A DNA stretch of 64,000 nucleotides. Source: Chrysomallon squamiferum (lineage: Eukaryota > Animalia > Mollusca). Of this stretch, positions 24,371-39,500 are shown in pieces. A program made the translations under genes and the position numbers. Under the pieces are notes generated by a model. It had not been told where the DNA came from and made no database searches. It saw only the letters and a program-made list of their open reading frames with translations. The stretch is taken from the NCBI GenBank assembly GCA_012295275.1, contig CM022670.1:26598001-26662000 (forward strand). The letters are read 5' to 3'. Numbering within the stretch: the stretch's first letter is position 1; every line of letters begins with the position of its first letter.

Positions 24371-27300
24371 ACTCAGTGATTCTAAGAGATAAATTTGTTT
24401 TCTAATACTATAGAATATGTTCTACAAACTAAAATATTAAATGATATTATTGACTGTAATATATAATATTAAGATTCAAAACATTTTTAAACAGTGATAT
24501 ACCTAAATTTATAAATCTGAAATGATGGATGTCTAACACTGTTACTTCAACAAAACAACAACAAAACAAAATTAAAAAAAACAGTGACATAAATAATAAT
24601 TATAAGGAAACAAAATATTTTAAAACTTATAAAATAAAAAATTAACTGTGAACAACACTAACATTGCTTCTGCTTTCTCTTTTTTAATAATTTTTTTATA
24701 GGAAATTAATTTGAAATTTATATGAATATAAATGTCATATTTTCAAAGGAAGCACTTAGCTTGTCATTTATGTTACTCTTTCATGTCCTGTGATATAAAA
24801 ACAAGTGCATGTCATCATACCCTTTGCTGTGTAAATTTATACACTCTTGAGTTAGGTAGACAGCTGATTGATTAATAGCTGCAGTACTTTAGATGATAAG
24901 TCCTGCAGTAAATCAGCTTTCAATCAAGATTTATAAGCTCTAAAGTCATGACAATTCATCTCACATTTTCTGATTGATACAGATTAGTATTTAGTAGTTA
25001 GACAGTGCTAGGATAATGTCAAGCATCATTTGTGTTATGAGCAGGATAATTTAAAAATGACAGCTGTTAGAGAGAGAAAAACAATTAAGCTGAGTTTCAG
25101 TTTTGTTTTCCAAATCTTGAATCTTCACAATATGCATATCAAGTGGAATTCAAGTCAGACAGGTTTATTTGGAAAAGTCCCTGAGTTGTGGATTTTAAAC
25201 AATTTCAGTACATTTTTGAGTCAGGTATTGAAAATAAGTGACTCCATGTAAAAAAAACAAGATAAGCCTGTTTAAGAAAAAAATAAAAATAAAAGTTCTG
25301 ATTTGATATCAGGATATTTGATATCTTCACTAATCAGAAATGTTCATGATTCATGCATCATATCATCTGATATATATAAATTGAAGTATACAAACATATG
25401 ATCTGAATTATCTTTTTTTATATATATTTCCAAGTTACTGATATACTTCAGGCATTCACTCTGTGATGGGCCTACTTTACTATTATTAAAAGACAAAGTG
25501 CCAAAAATGGATTTAGGAATTATTCATAAAAAAACAAAATGATGTTTGACTTTCTGTTTGTACACTGGTACACTAAAAAGAATTCAGAAATCTATTTTTT
25601 GTAAAATTGAAATGAAAATCAATGATTTCAATAGCAAATACTTGACAGAAGATTTTAAAAAAAAGAAAAAAGTTTTAACTAAAATCATATAGAAAGTCAG
25701 ATATGTCCTATGTCCTTACAAATGAATGATGTCCAAGATTCATACATAAGACATGTTATCTGACAACTTAAGACTTTATCTTTGCAAGAACTGTCAAATC
25801 TCAAATACTTAATACATACAGGATTAGTCTGGTGACAAGTAATGAAAACAAGTGACATCTTATTATATCTAAAGAACATATGTTTTATATAGATCTTAGG
25901 AAAATATGTCTTTCTGTATGTTAGGAATATGTCATATATATCTTAGGAAAAAATGTCTTATTAGGAAAATGTTTTACTGTATTTAGCAAAAGAATGTAGT
26001 AAATGAGTGGAAGAACATTCACACGAAGCTTGACTAATTACTATAATACCACTTGCTGATAATAATTAAGATTGATGTGTTGAATGGCAGCAGAAGGTTT
26101 CATCTCATATTATCACAGAAAACAAGATATTTTTGACACCTAATTAATACTGAAATTTACAGAGACTGTTACACTTTCATCCATTCAAGTCAAGGAAGTG
26201 AGGCCATAAAATGATAAATTGTATTTTTTTTTTTTTTTTTTTTTTTTCAGCAATCAGATTAATCAAATAAATCAAAAAAGCACAAGATTTATACTAAGAA
26301 ATCCCACATGTATCATTTAGTGCAGGTGTAAACATTTTAGATCAATGACCTCTTCATTCAATCCTTAATCTCTCATAATCTCCCAAGCATGTAAAATAAA
26401 TAAATAAATAAATAAATAAATAAATCGTTATCAGTAATTAATTTCTGTACTTAAAGGTAATTAAACTTTGATAATTTCAAAAAAATATTTAAAAAAAACA
26501 AAAGATCATATTAATTACTTATACTGCTGTAATTACAAGAGTAATCAACCATGATGATATTTATTGCCCTGTAGTCATATACTGGCCCCTTGGATAGTTT
26601 TATTAACCTCTTTGTGGACCCCTGAATTAATGCTATCTTACACATAAGTTGTAGAAAATTACTAGAAAACAAATTTCTATTTTATTGACTAATGCATTAC
26701 TTTTTTTTTTAATTGTTTTTTTCTAAAAGACAAAGATACTGTCACATGTTTATTTTTCACTTAAGGAACATCGCAGTAACTAATTCTCCTTTTTTTCTTA
26801 ACTTTTTGAAATAAATCATTAATTCTTTCTTCAGTTTTCTTGCCCAACTCTGACTGCACATTCTAAACAAACATTGAATTTGTCAGAAGATAAATCACAA
26901 GTACCAAATATCTATTATTACCATGGTTACAAAGTGTTTGTCTGAGACTGATTTGTAATGTGTGTGTACACATCAATGTAAACTAATAGATAACACTGTG
27001 CAAGAAAACAGATAACTTGAGAGAAAAAACAAAGAAGAAAAAGGGAAGATACGGATGAAAAAATGTTGTTGCATTTATGTTGAAAAGTTTGATAAACAAA
27101 TATAATTCACTGTCAGACCCTTGTTTATCACTTATAGAGATATCTACATTCCAAAGTTTCAGATTTTTTCTTTATTTTTGTTTCTTTTTTATATAATTAT
27201 TAAAAAAAAAAAACAATAAAAAATCATTAATTTAAATATTATGTTTCAAATATTCTACTATATATTTTATTTTGAACTTTGAGATGGTTTTGCTGTTGCA

Positions 27301-27767
27301 ATTTATTACAATTATATATTTTAGTTGTTGTCTATTCTGAAATTTTGGTTGCTGCTATAATTTGTAACAATCTATATACAATTTCTTATTGTATTAGAAA
27401 ACCTAATGGCTGGTAATCCAATACTGTTGGATTTTTATCACATTATATTTCTGGATTGATTGAGGTTTTCTTTTCTTTTCTTGTCTCTTTCTTTCTTTTT
27501 ATATATATATTTTTTATTTTTTGAGTTGTTGCTCTGAGGTTGGAAAGATTTGGTTTAGGGATATAAAATTAATTTATTGTAATTAGACTGATTGTGTGTG
27601 CAATGTCTTCCAGGATCAGACAAGTTGGTGGAAATTTAGTAAAGTTGTGATTGTAGACGTGACACTGTTATATTTTCTCTTCTTCTACTACTACTACTAC
27701 TACTAATACATGTACCTTGGTAAAAGACAAAACATGTTGACATGTCTGCACCCACCCATCCACACAT

Positions 27768-27768
<1 letters not shown>

Positions 27769-27810
<42 letters not shown>
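27769..27810. repeat. (CA)n microsatellite
   Basis: Direct inspection. Confidence 0.95.
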
Positions 27811-27814
<4 letters not shown>

Positions 27815-29966
27815 CCCAACCCACCAATGTATGCACACACACACTACAGTGTTGGTAATTCAAATTTATCTTGTTTCTTTTGATGTCTCAAAGGACATTT
27901 GTGCTGTCAAACTCATGGAGAGGTTGTTTCAGTTCTGGGAATAATCTCAGAAGGATGTCTGTACCATGATTATTGTTTTATCTTCAATCCAGTGAAGTGA
28001 ATATTTTTCCATTAGCACTAATGAATCATAATCTTTTGTATTACAAATCTATGAGAAATTCAATGAAACTTTTTCCTTTGCATCTGTTTACTAGAGATCT
28101 GCTGAAAGATAAAGACACTGACTGTTGTCTTTGTGTTTTGTAATATTAACTATTTTTGTTAACACAATATTGTAAGGTAATGCCATTTCCTGCTCTTTTT
28201 TTTGAAGTTTGTGCATGTATTGCATTTCACACATTCATTTGGATGCAAGCCAGATACAGTGTTGCTGTAACAAGTCTGTTTCATGTCATCTCAAACTTTT
28301 AATTGTCAGTGTTATTAAACCTATTATTATTATTATTATTATTATTTTCTGAGAAAAGGAGAACTGTTTTCTGTTCACGAATGTATCCAAAATGCTCTAT
28401 AAAGACAAAAAGAAATAATAAATTTGTTAATTAATTATAAATTTGAACAGTATATTCTTAGAAGTTTAATATTATATATTTTCCCTAAATCTGATTTAAA
28501 AATGAGAAAGAAAACTGTTATTTAAGTTAAAAATGTAAGTGATATGTAAAACTAATATTTTTGATTTGATTTTTTATAAATATTTTCGGAATTCTTTTTG
28601 TTTTTTTACATTATTGGCATCTGATATTGTAAAGGAAATTCTTTTTCTTTTTGTTTTTAAATTCAAATCCTACATTTATTTTTATACAAATAATGTGATG
28701 GAATGTGATTTAAAAGATTAAAAAGAGAAATGGAATGATTTGTTGTTTAATAAAAAAGTAAATAAATACAATAATTGATTACTTTCAGTACACACTGAGA
28801 CATTGTTGTTTATTTCTTGTTATTGTCTCAAAATAAATTAAGTGACAAGAAAAAAAAGATTATAAATTGGATTCCTGGAAAGCAGAATCAAAACAAATTA
28901 CAGGGGGTTTTTTTGTTTTGTTTTTTCTTCATTTTAGTGATTTCTTTTTTCTTTTAGGACAGCTTATGAAACAAAACATAACAACTTTTTATTACCATTT
29001 TTCTACATCACACAACTTGTATATATAAAAAAAAAAAAAAATTACATACATAAAATAAAAAAATAATCAGCATCTGAGATTCTACATGTTATCAATATGA
29101 AGGAAATCAGATAATTTATTATTAATATGACATTTTTTTTTTTTTTTTTTGGACAAGGTTGATATTGTAGATAACATCAGAAAGGCATGTATCAGGTCTG
29201 AGCCTTGCTGGTCTGGTCTGTAGTTAATTATTTCACATCTAGAACAAACAAGATACAACGACTTTCAAGTTGCTAAGAATGTGGTTTAGGTTGTTTGTGG
29301 TTTTTTTCTGAATGTAGAGAAAATCCTTTTTGTAAATTTATTTATTTATTTATAAGCATTTTTGCATTATGATTAAATCCATATAACCTAAAGGAGGATA
29401 TAAATTATCTTTCCCAGTTCATATTTCATAAGTTGTATCTCTTCTCGTTTTTAAGCACTTTTGAGTGAAAATGTGTGTCAGTGGCATGTACGTGAAATAT
29501 TTATTAGTACATGTCACTGTGGTATCACCTTCATCTCAAGCTTGTCATTCACAATTTGCATTTATTGGTTTGCTTTTGGCACAGGTATTTATCTGTAATG
29601 TTTTCACTTACAGAAATTCCAGCTCAGGTTTCTGTTTTGATTGTATTATGTTTCAGTTATGATTGATATTTAGATGAGTCTAGTAATTGTTTTTGGTATA
29701 TGATGATAGTAGTAAATATTTTGGTTTGGTATTTTGGTTTGGTGTGGGTGTAAATGTTTTTTTTTCATGGCACAAAATGCATAGCAAAGGTGACTGAACA
29801 TCTGTTATGTTCTTAATCATTTTATTTATTTAAATAAAAAAAATTAAAATAATAGGAAACGAATAATTGTTGCATTTTGATTGTTGTTGTTGTTTGTTTT
29901 TTGTTTTTTTGTGGGTTTTTTATATAAATTATTTTTAATTTTTCTTTCTTCTATTATTTATTTATC

Positions 29967-30016
<50 letters not shown>

Positions 30017-32606
30017 GAGGGTTTAATTTTTGCTTATTTATTCATTTAATTGTGTTCGTTCATTTATTACATTAGTTTTTATGTGCATCTCATATGTAAA
30101 AAGCCTTTGTTTAAATGTTGTTTGTTTTAACAGAAAATGAGTTCAATAAAATATGTTTTAAAAGCTGATAGGAATTTAATATATGAATTTCAATGTATAC
30201 AATCTGAATTTTTGTATTTGTTTTTATATTTGATGAGCACCGAATTTTCTTAAGCATAATAAAAGAGACAGGTTTATCCAATTTAATTTTTAGTAATGTT
30301 ATAAATAATATATACAGCATATAGACAATGACTCTTATTTTTGCTCATTAATAGAAGTGTTTAATTAAAGTTAAATTGTAAATTCTTTGTTTTTATATTT
30401 CTTGAGCCTTTCTTTCTTTTTTCTTTCTTTTTTATATTAATTTTAGTATTAAAAATACAAACATTCAAATTTAAATTAGGTTTCAGTAAAAAAAAAAAAA
30501 TCAAACTTCAACAACCGAAATATTACACTTCAAAGTCAGTTCAAATGAATAATTTATTGTGCTTTTAGCATAAGTTAACAGGTTGGTGTAAATACGTACA
30601 TATAAAAAAGAAAATCATAAATTCAGTGGATGAATATGTAACAGACAAATCCTCTTTTTTACTTTTTTCAGTGTTGAAAATCATTTTTTCACAGCCTGTT
30701 TGTAACAATCATAATATACCTGTACTCAGTTGTGAACCTGAAAAATGATTTTAAATAATAATAAATACTAAAAAAGAAACTTGAGGACAATTTAATTATA
30801 AACTATGACTTTCAAGTTTTATTTTTTTTTTTTTTTTTTTTTTTATTTTATTTTTTTTTTTTTTTTTTATGGAAACTTGATTTTTGACAAGTTTGAGAAA
30901 GCTCTATTAAGCCAGTATAATCTGCAAATTAAGAAAAAACACTTGAAAAAGGCTTATTTATTAGAACATAAAAAAAATAAAATAAAATAAAATAAAATAA
31001 AAAAGAAAGAAAGAAAGAAAATAAAGTAAAGAAATAAAAATAAGTGCATAAAGAAATAAATTTAAAAAGTGGTTATTTTGTACCGAATTACTTTTGTATC
31101 TTTTTCTATTCATAAATTGGAAACTTGTTTTTCACAACCTTGAACATGTTTATTAAGAATACAGTTCAGTTTGCTTTAATTATTTAATACAATTCCATAA
31201 AAAAAATTATTTTTAATTCTTTTTATTTATTTATTTATTTATTTACTTATTTTCTTATTTATTTATTTATTTATTTATTTACATTTATATTTTTATATTA
31301 TTTTATTTTGTTTTGAACATGATAGTCAAAAAGAACAAATTTAATAAAAATGTTTTTTTTTTGGGGGGGGATATTATTGTTTTTAAACACTGCATCTGGA
31401 AACACCATAAACTGTTCTAACTTCCAGTTTTGACATTGTTAACTAAGAAGAAAAGAACTCAAGAAAGACTAAATTATTCAAGATAACTTAAAAACATTTA
31501 ACTGCAGGGTTTTTATGATTTATTATATTTTCTTTTTCTACTTCTAAAATTGAAAATTGATGATTTTACCACAATGGCTGTTAAATTTTAGAACCTGCTA
31601 ATTAAAATAAATTATTTTATGAAAGCATATTTATTAGTCAAAATTTAAATAATTTCTTCTAGCTGATTTTATTTACAGAGAACATGAATATATATATATT
31701 TTTTTTATAATCTGGAAACATGGGTATTTTTTGTTCAGTATCACAAGTACTGTTAATCCTGAAGGCACATGACCCTGTTACCTGTACTTAATCGTTTAAT
31801 AACGTAATCTGTATATATTATTCTAGTGTGTATAAGCTCTCAGTTGGGATCTAGTCTGTCACACCTAGTTGTTATGACACGCCAGTAAACGGGGACAGGC
31901 AGTGGAAACAACTGGATTGGTGACTCCCAAGTCTGCTCATGTATACATATGTATGCAGGTAATTTGGCATTGCTAGTAGCTGGCAAACACACAAGCTGCA
32001 AGTACTTGGAATACTTTACACCTAGTAGTACTTACACGCAGTGCCAGGTAAGTTTAACTCTTGTAGTAATGTTGTCACATTAGACAGATCACCAGGAATG
32101 CTGAATGCCAGAGAAATTTGTTTACTAGCTGTTTACACTGAATAAATTTGGATAACTTCTTAGTTATGGAGGATTACATCTTTGACATTTTAAATTGGTT
32201 TTCATTGTATTTTTAAAGCTCATTCGCATGCCTGCTGTTTGTTTGTTTGTCTCTGTGCTAGTTTCTCACTTGTTTTGATGTTTATAAAATGTACTTGATT
32301 GTAGCTAAGCCAGAAGAATGTAAACTGGGTTCAAATGTTGGTCTTTGCCTCAACACAACATGTCTTTGAAAAATATGAACCATCTTTATGTATCAGAACT
32401 TTCTTTCATCATTTAGAGTTAGAAATTATTTTTCTTTGTTTTTAGTTGAGTTTTTGTTGTTGTGTATTGGTTATTTAGAGTTTTGTTGGGTTTTTGGTGT
32501 GGAGTTTTGAATGAATGGGATATTTGTATTTTATAAATATATGTATATTCTTAAGTGCTTTCTAGCAATTACTTTGCTTCAACTAATGTTTTAGGGTTAC
32601 TATTAT

Positions 32607-32700
32607 TCATTAGCAGCAAATGATATTTAATATGCACTTTCCCCTAGACAGGAAAGCTCATATAATAGCTTTATAAAAATCAGTAATGCAGCAGTGAGGT
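32607..32700 (-). mobile_element. Degenerate SINE-like dispersed repeat copy (inverted)
   Basis: Reverse complement reads tttcctgtctaggggaaagtgcatattaaatatcatttgctgctaatgaa, matching the other copies. Confidence 0.55.
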
Positions 32701-33495
32701 GAGTGGTAAATAACCTATAAAACCCACTCCACCAGTGAAACGAATAGAAAGAATTGTTATTTGTAATTTATTTTTGAACAATTCACAAATTCTGTTTCTC
32801 ACGAACTGACCTTGTTCTGATTTTTGAACAATACAAATGTGTATTAAAAAAAAAAAAAATCAACATTCAGTTTGTTCATTATATTAACACACACATTTCT
32901 GTGCACAAAAACAAGCCAAAATGCCTGAAGAACCCTTCAACACATTTTATGTATATTTTACTTCTGAAAGAAATTGCCAATTTTAATACAAGTTAATATA
33001 ACAACCAGCTATTTGTAACAGCTTTTTTTTCTTCCTTTTTTTTATCCCATATGCATTAAATTAAATTTGTGACGCTTGTGTTTCTTAACCATAGCTGTTT
33101 AAGTACTGTAGATATATGTAATTACATTTGAGATCAAAACAGGCTTTGTAAATTTGACTTGACAGATTTTGTTTTGATGTCCATCATTTATATTACTGAA
33201 AGTCTTGGAGGGTCAGAATGCTACTCACTGCCTGCCAGTCTCTGCTATTCTTCTCATGTAACAATTCAAAATTGCTCAAGTCAGTCATAAAGTGCTTTCC
33301 TTTATTCTTGGCTAACTTCTTGGCTACTTGTTCTGAAGCATGAAAGCTTTGTAGTCAGTGGAAAGAATTCTTTCTTTTAACATCAGCATCTGGCCAAACA
33401 GTTGAGAGAAGAGAATGCTGGTCAAGTTACTAATGTTGCTACTGATATAGGTTTAGTATCTTATCAAGACAGAATTTACCTTTAAGTACAGTTTT

Positions 33496-33496
<1 letters not shown>

Positions 33497-33578
<82 letters not shown>
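33497..33578. repeat. (GT)n(GA)n microsatellite
   Basis: Direct inspection. Confidence 0.95.
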
Positions 33579-33580
<2 letters not shown>

Positions 33581-36500
33581 ATGAGGGAGATTGAGAGATG
33601 GACAGAGTAAGAAAGTTTTTTATATATGTGTGTGATACTTTGTGTTTTTATTGTTTTTATTAAGGTTTTATTTTATTTTGTGTCTTTATATTTGTGAGTG
33701 TATGTATTTTTGTGACTTTAACTGCATATGTTAATATATGAATATGTATATCAGTGACTGACTAATTGATATTCTGTACTTGCATATATATATCTAACTT
33801 TTTTCTTTCCTCTTCTTATTTTGCTATTGACATTTCAAAGATTATTACAAAAATGGACAGAAAGAAAAAAGATTTAAAAAAAAACACCTACACTGGTATC
33901 ATTAAATAAATTGTACTTAAGAACTGTAATTTGATATGTGATATTGGCACATGGTTTTATGGAAATGGATTACATAAAGCTTAAAAATGTGTTAACTATC
34001 TTGTTCATTGACACCAGGTGAATTTATCTTTATGAAGTTGTCACTGTTATGAAAGAAACAGGGGTATTATCTGAGACTTTTAGATTAAGTTGCCAGTTTT
34101 AATGATCACTTATCATGTGGAATTGGAAATTTATTTTACAAACCTTTTTTTTTCTTACTTTTTTTTATGTTATTTTCTATTTAATTATTTATTTATCCCT
34201 AAAAGTTATTTTTACTCTGGACAAGTTCATTGATGGTGTTCAGTTAAAATTCTACCATTACTATCAATGCTGACAGGAGCATTTCAAAGATATAAAAATC
34301 ATCGTAGAAAAAGTACTAAGGTTTTATGACATTTCCTGAGGCCAAGATGGAAACTGGTGATACAAATACGCAGATTTAAAGATAGGCATTAAAGTGCACT
34401 TCTATGTTTGTTTTACAAAGGATAGAAAAATACATGGTTTGGGAAAACGGCTCGCTAAATGTTTTAAAAGTTCATTTTCTCTTATTTTCACAAAATTTTA
34501 GTCTTAATGTTAATTCTGACAATTTTCCAGTGCACACATGCAACTAAAAATTCAGTAACCCCTGAAATTACTGGTATACATAGCAGAACATAACCACTTG
34601 CAATTCTGTTTTTATCATTACTTATTAATGCGTGGTTCTATTTGTGCTAGTTACCTACATATCCCCCAGAATAGAAAAATGTGAAACTAAACAATGCTGA
34701 TTGTTCTCAAGCTCTTTCAAGTGATTGTTACCAAAACCCTGTTGTTACTGAATGAAGACCCACAAATAAAATTTTGTAGTAATGCAAATTGTGCTACCTG
34801 AGATTATTTTCATATGCTTGATCAGTGTTTATGGGTTCCACATGGAGTTTGTTGACAGTTGATAGCTGCTCGGCTAATAAAAGAATCCAGAACCGGTTAT
34901 TGTATAATTACTTATTACCTATTTGCATTATACTTGCATCTGCGAAGATAATTGATTTCAGAGACAAAGTGTGAAACTGCCAAGGATAAACATTTTTCTG
35001 GTTTGTTTCTTTGCAACGTAATACCTCCATTTGTCACATAAAGTTGTCCTGGATTTGAATGGTGAGATTGGTGTAGCTGATTCTTTTCACAGGTAACCAA
35101 CAGCATGTTCTGGGTTTTATTTTTATTACTTGAAGCCATTATTTTTATTATTGTTATTATCACCTTGACTATGCTTAGTAACAGGACAGATTGGTCTTGG
35201 CTTGTTTTTAGAAACATAAAGGATCTGGGTTTTTTTTCTTCAGCACACTGTCTGATGAATTTATTTTATTAAAAGATTCATGTAAAATCTTAACTTGTTA
35301 ATAATCAATTATTTATTAATTTTTTGCTATATTTTCTAATGCCTGCTAAAAGAGAGACATTTTCAAAATAATAAAAACACGATCTGAAGGGCAGTTTCTG
35401 ATACATTTAATAAAGTAGCTGCATTTTATTTACAGACACAGTGTTAGTTTAGATAATTAAAAGTTTAATGATTAGTATAAATGAGTTAATTCAGTGCACC
35501 AATATTTACAAATTAGACAAAATTATACAAAATAGTACAAAACGAGTAGGTATTTTGTCATTGACATGAATATGTATTTGCAAACCTGTCACTGAATTTA
35601 TTTAATCATCTGATGCTGTTAATTATAAGACACAGAACTCATCAACACATCTATTTCATGAAAAAAGTGCTTCAAGAAAACTGAAAAGTTAAGTATTTTA
35701 AAAAGATGTGTGACATCAAGTCTGATATTTGTTATTATTAAATCTTTTAAAACTAGATCAGTGAAGTTTAATGGGTCTGTATGTCTGTTTGTACATTATG
35801 GTCTCCAGACACATATGAAAAAAAACATATATCACATTACCACTATTAAACAGTTCATTAAACAATATTGTTAGAAAACGTTAAGAAATTCCTTTCAAGA
35901 GTCGTTTTACTGCATATCCTTTACAATCTTTTGTTTGCTTTAGTTTTGCTCTGGCTTTTATGAGGGATGTATATGTACACTTACATTTATGTTATGCCAT
36001 GATTTTTGCTTGCATGAGTGAACTTAACAATATCACACTGACCCGTTTCTTTGCTTGACATTCTTCACCTGATGGCTGCTGGTTTGCCTCTCTGATCACT
36101 CAGGCAGAGTTGTCTGTCAAGCAACTATTCATATTTGTTCATCCTATTAACCAAACACTGTACATTGTAACATTATTTGTGGGCTGGGCTGACTTGGGAT
36201 GAATCTTTGCCTATTCAACTAAAGGCCTTGAAAATCTGAATGTTTGTAACCTAGACAAAACTTTTCATCAGCAAAGCTTTTTGTCATTTTAATAAAATAT
36301 AATTTATTGTATTCTTTTTTCAATTTATTTTTGAATTCTCTTTTTTTTTTATTTAATTTTAATCTTTTATAAGAGCCTTTTTGTTCCATTCCTAAAAAAA
36401 AAAATTAATATATTTAATTTAAAACGTGAATGGCAAAAATATAGAGAATTTTATTATTATTAATTTTTTTTTATCATAATAGCTTAAAGAAAAACAGTAA

Positions 36501-39500
36501 TTGTTTGTTTATGTTTTTTAATTTTTTATGTGAAAAAAATAAAAATTAAAGTTCAGAAGGAAATTAAATATTTTTCAATGATAACTTAAATGTTGTTGAC
36601 AATTTCCCAGTGACATTAGGTTTATCTATAAAGATTAAAAACAGAAAGTGTAGGTAAACATTTGCTCTGCTGAAAGTAATTACACGTTTTCAAATGTATG
36701 TTATTGATCAAATTTTGAGATTTTAGTATAAATTATAAAGGTTTGTCACAAGTTTTTAAAGTCCAGAGATGGTAAAAGATCAAACATTTTTAATATTTCT
36801 GCTATAAAAATTACTTGAAAGTTCAGGAAATTCCAAGGTTCTAAAATGAAGGTGAAGTTGAGAAAAATAAATACAATAACAATGTATTGACTGTAATGTA
36901 TGAATAAAATTAAAATGGTTTCTGATATCAAATTCCTTGCAAGTTCAGATATTTCCATTACTCTAACCAGTTAAGATTAAAAATTACAAAGTGCAGGATA
37001 ACAATCTACTTGTTTTTAGTTACATATACTGAGTGTTTGACTCAAATTTTAAAGGTTTCTTACTATAGAATTTCTTAAAGGTTTAGAGGTTTCCAAGGTC
37101 CTAATGCTTAAGATTTAAAATTAGAAAGTGCAGGTGAACATTTTGTTTGCTATGCTGCACAAACAGTAACAAGATATTGGAAGTAAATTTTCTGCTTTGT
37201 TCAACATCAATACAGCATGTCTTCTCTTTTAACAAGTCTGAAATAGCTTTGAGTACAGCAGCAGTTTTAGCACAGACCTCTTAGAAAACCTGAGAAAAGA
37301 AATCTTATTCATGTCTTTTGTTAAATGTATGCTTAGGTTTTCAATGCTATCTGTCATAAACTTCACTTCACAGGATGCAGCTATTTTCACAGAGCAGATT
37401 TAATTTTTATCACGTTAAAGGGATGTTTAAAAGAATGTTTCATGTACATAAAAATATTTCGATCACTGGTTTCGTAGTGAGTGTCCTTTTTATTAACACT
37501 TTGCATAGATATGTGTTTGAATTATTTAACGTCGGTGTTTTAAGGTTGTGAAGGGAAGTGATCTGTTGATATGAAATATGTTCAGAGTCAAATTCATCCC
37601 AGTTATATCAAAGCTCTTCACTTGTAAAGCACTTGTATAATATTTTACCAGTATGAGGTAGGTTGTTGTTCATGTTAGTTCCGTACCCAGAGGCTTAATG
37701 GACTGACTGCAAGATTGAGTATGCTGAGAAAACACTAAACATTTTTCATTCCAACCTGTTAATATAGGCTTCAGTTTGGCAAATACAGATTTTGGTATAT
37801 GTGATTTAAATAGGAGAATAATTTTTTCATATAATCAGTTAAAAAAAATATATATGTTAAAAAAGACAGGAGTACAGTTAAAAATTAAAATAAAGGTAAT
37901 CTAACTGCAGATACTTGAAAAATTCCTTGCACTCAATAAAAATATCATCTAGCTCAAATAAAGAAATAAAAAAAATAATAATATGGAATCAATCTTAACC
38001 ACAAAAGTTTGAAGGTTGGTCAAATTTCATGTCACTAAGTGCAAAATTTTGATTAATCAAATCATGTGTGCTTGTCTACAAATGTTAAAGATCAGATATT
38101 ATGATTTTATATTTTTTTTAAAGAAAAAATATTCCAGGGTTTGTTATTGAAATGGAGATTTATGTGAGGTTGTTTTTGACTGAGGTTGGTGGTAACTGTC
38201 TTTCACAGATTACATTTAAACAGAGTACTGCTGATAAAAGTAGACCACCCATTGTGTTTAGATCTAGGTTCCCTTTAATCCAGTTTTCATATTTTCTTTA
38301 TACTGACTTCATTAAAAATTCAGAGGAATCAAGTGTCAAAAAAATGTAAGTGATTGCAAGTTATTTAAGTATGAACCATAATAACTGACTATATGATAAA
38401 GATTTATTTATTAAAGAAATATATATGTATATATTTATATATACCAAATATTGTTTTAGAAAAGAAAGGTGCTTGTAATCCTTATCCATAATTTGAATTT
38501 AATTTTTTTTTTTTTTTTTTAAATGTGTTATCTTGATAAAAGAAAGAAATAATCCTAAACAACATCTGCTTCAAAGAAATTAAAATTTTAAATTAAAGAG
38601 AAAAAGAATAAAGAAAATGACTGGCTGATAAAAACAGCTGGTTTTTGTGAGTCACATAAATGGAACAGTTGTTCTTTGTAACCCAGAACAAAAAAAAAAA
38701 TGCTCACTGAACCATGCAGTTCATTTTGTTGATCAATATTTATTTTGTATTTATTTTATATTTATTTTTTATTCCATTATTTCAGCTTTTTGCTCATTTT
38801 AGCTTTAATACTGATGGATATTTGTTAATGTGTGATATTTAAAAATAACTGTTTAACAATTATTGTAATTTTACATGTTTGATTTTATAAGAAATGTTTG
38901 TGGGTTTTTTTGTTTTTTTTTTTTGTGTTGTTTTTTTAAACCAAGAAGACATCAGTACTAAATTATTCCAATAGGGCTTATTTCTCAACAATGACAGTTA
39001 TGTGTATAATTGTTGAAGTCAATTTTACAATACTAGTTTTCATATCATTGTTATACATCTTTATAAAAAAAAAATGTATATATATATATATTTTATACAC
39101 TCACTTCAATTTAAAGGTTTGTAACACATCATTATCACAATGCTGTTGTGAAAAGCAATCCCTTCGATATACAGGCTTACTACATAGTTAATAAGCAGGA
39201 CACATTGTTAATGGAGGTACCAGCTGTTGTCATAGTGCTGGGTCGCCTATACTAAATGTATGGAATGTAATCTACGTGTCAGGTTCAATCTATCTGGATT
39301 CTGCTGATGTCATTTGATAACACTGCCACAGCTGATCAGCACCAGTAATAAACAATAAGCTTTGTTCTGTAAGAAACAATCCACTATGTATTGAAGGTAA
39401 AATAAACAACTGAATTTGTATCAATTCAGTTATTATTTATAGGCTGATCCAGGAATGGAAACATAATATTCTTAGCGCTGATGCAGTAATTTTTCTGAAT

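Noticed and set aside
39261-39282. miR-1-like sequence TGGAATGTAA
   Set aside because: Only the first 10 nt match, then it diverges, and no hairpin partner was seen; more likely a TEAD-like motif or chance.
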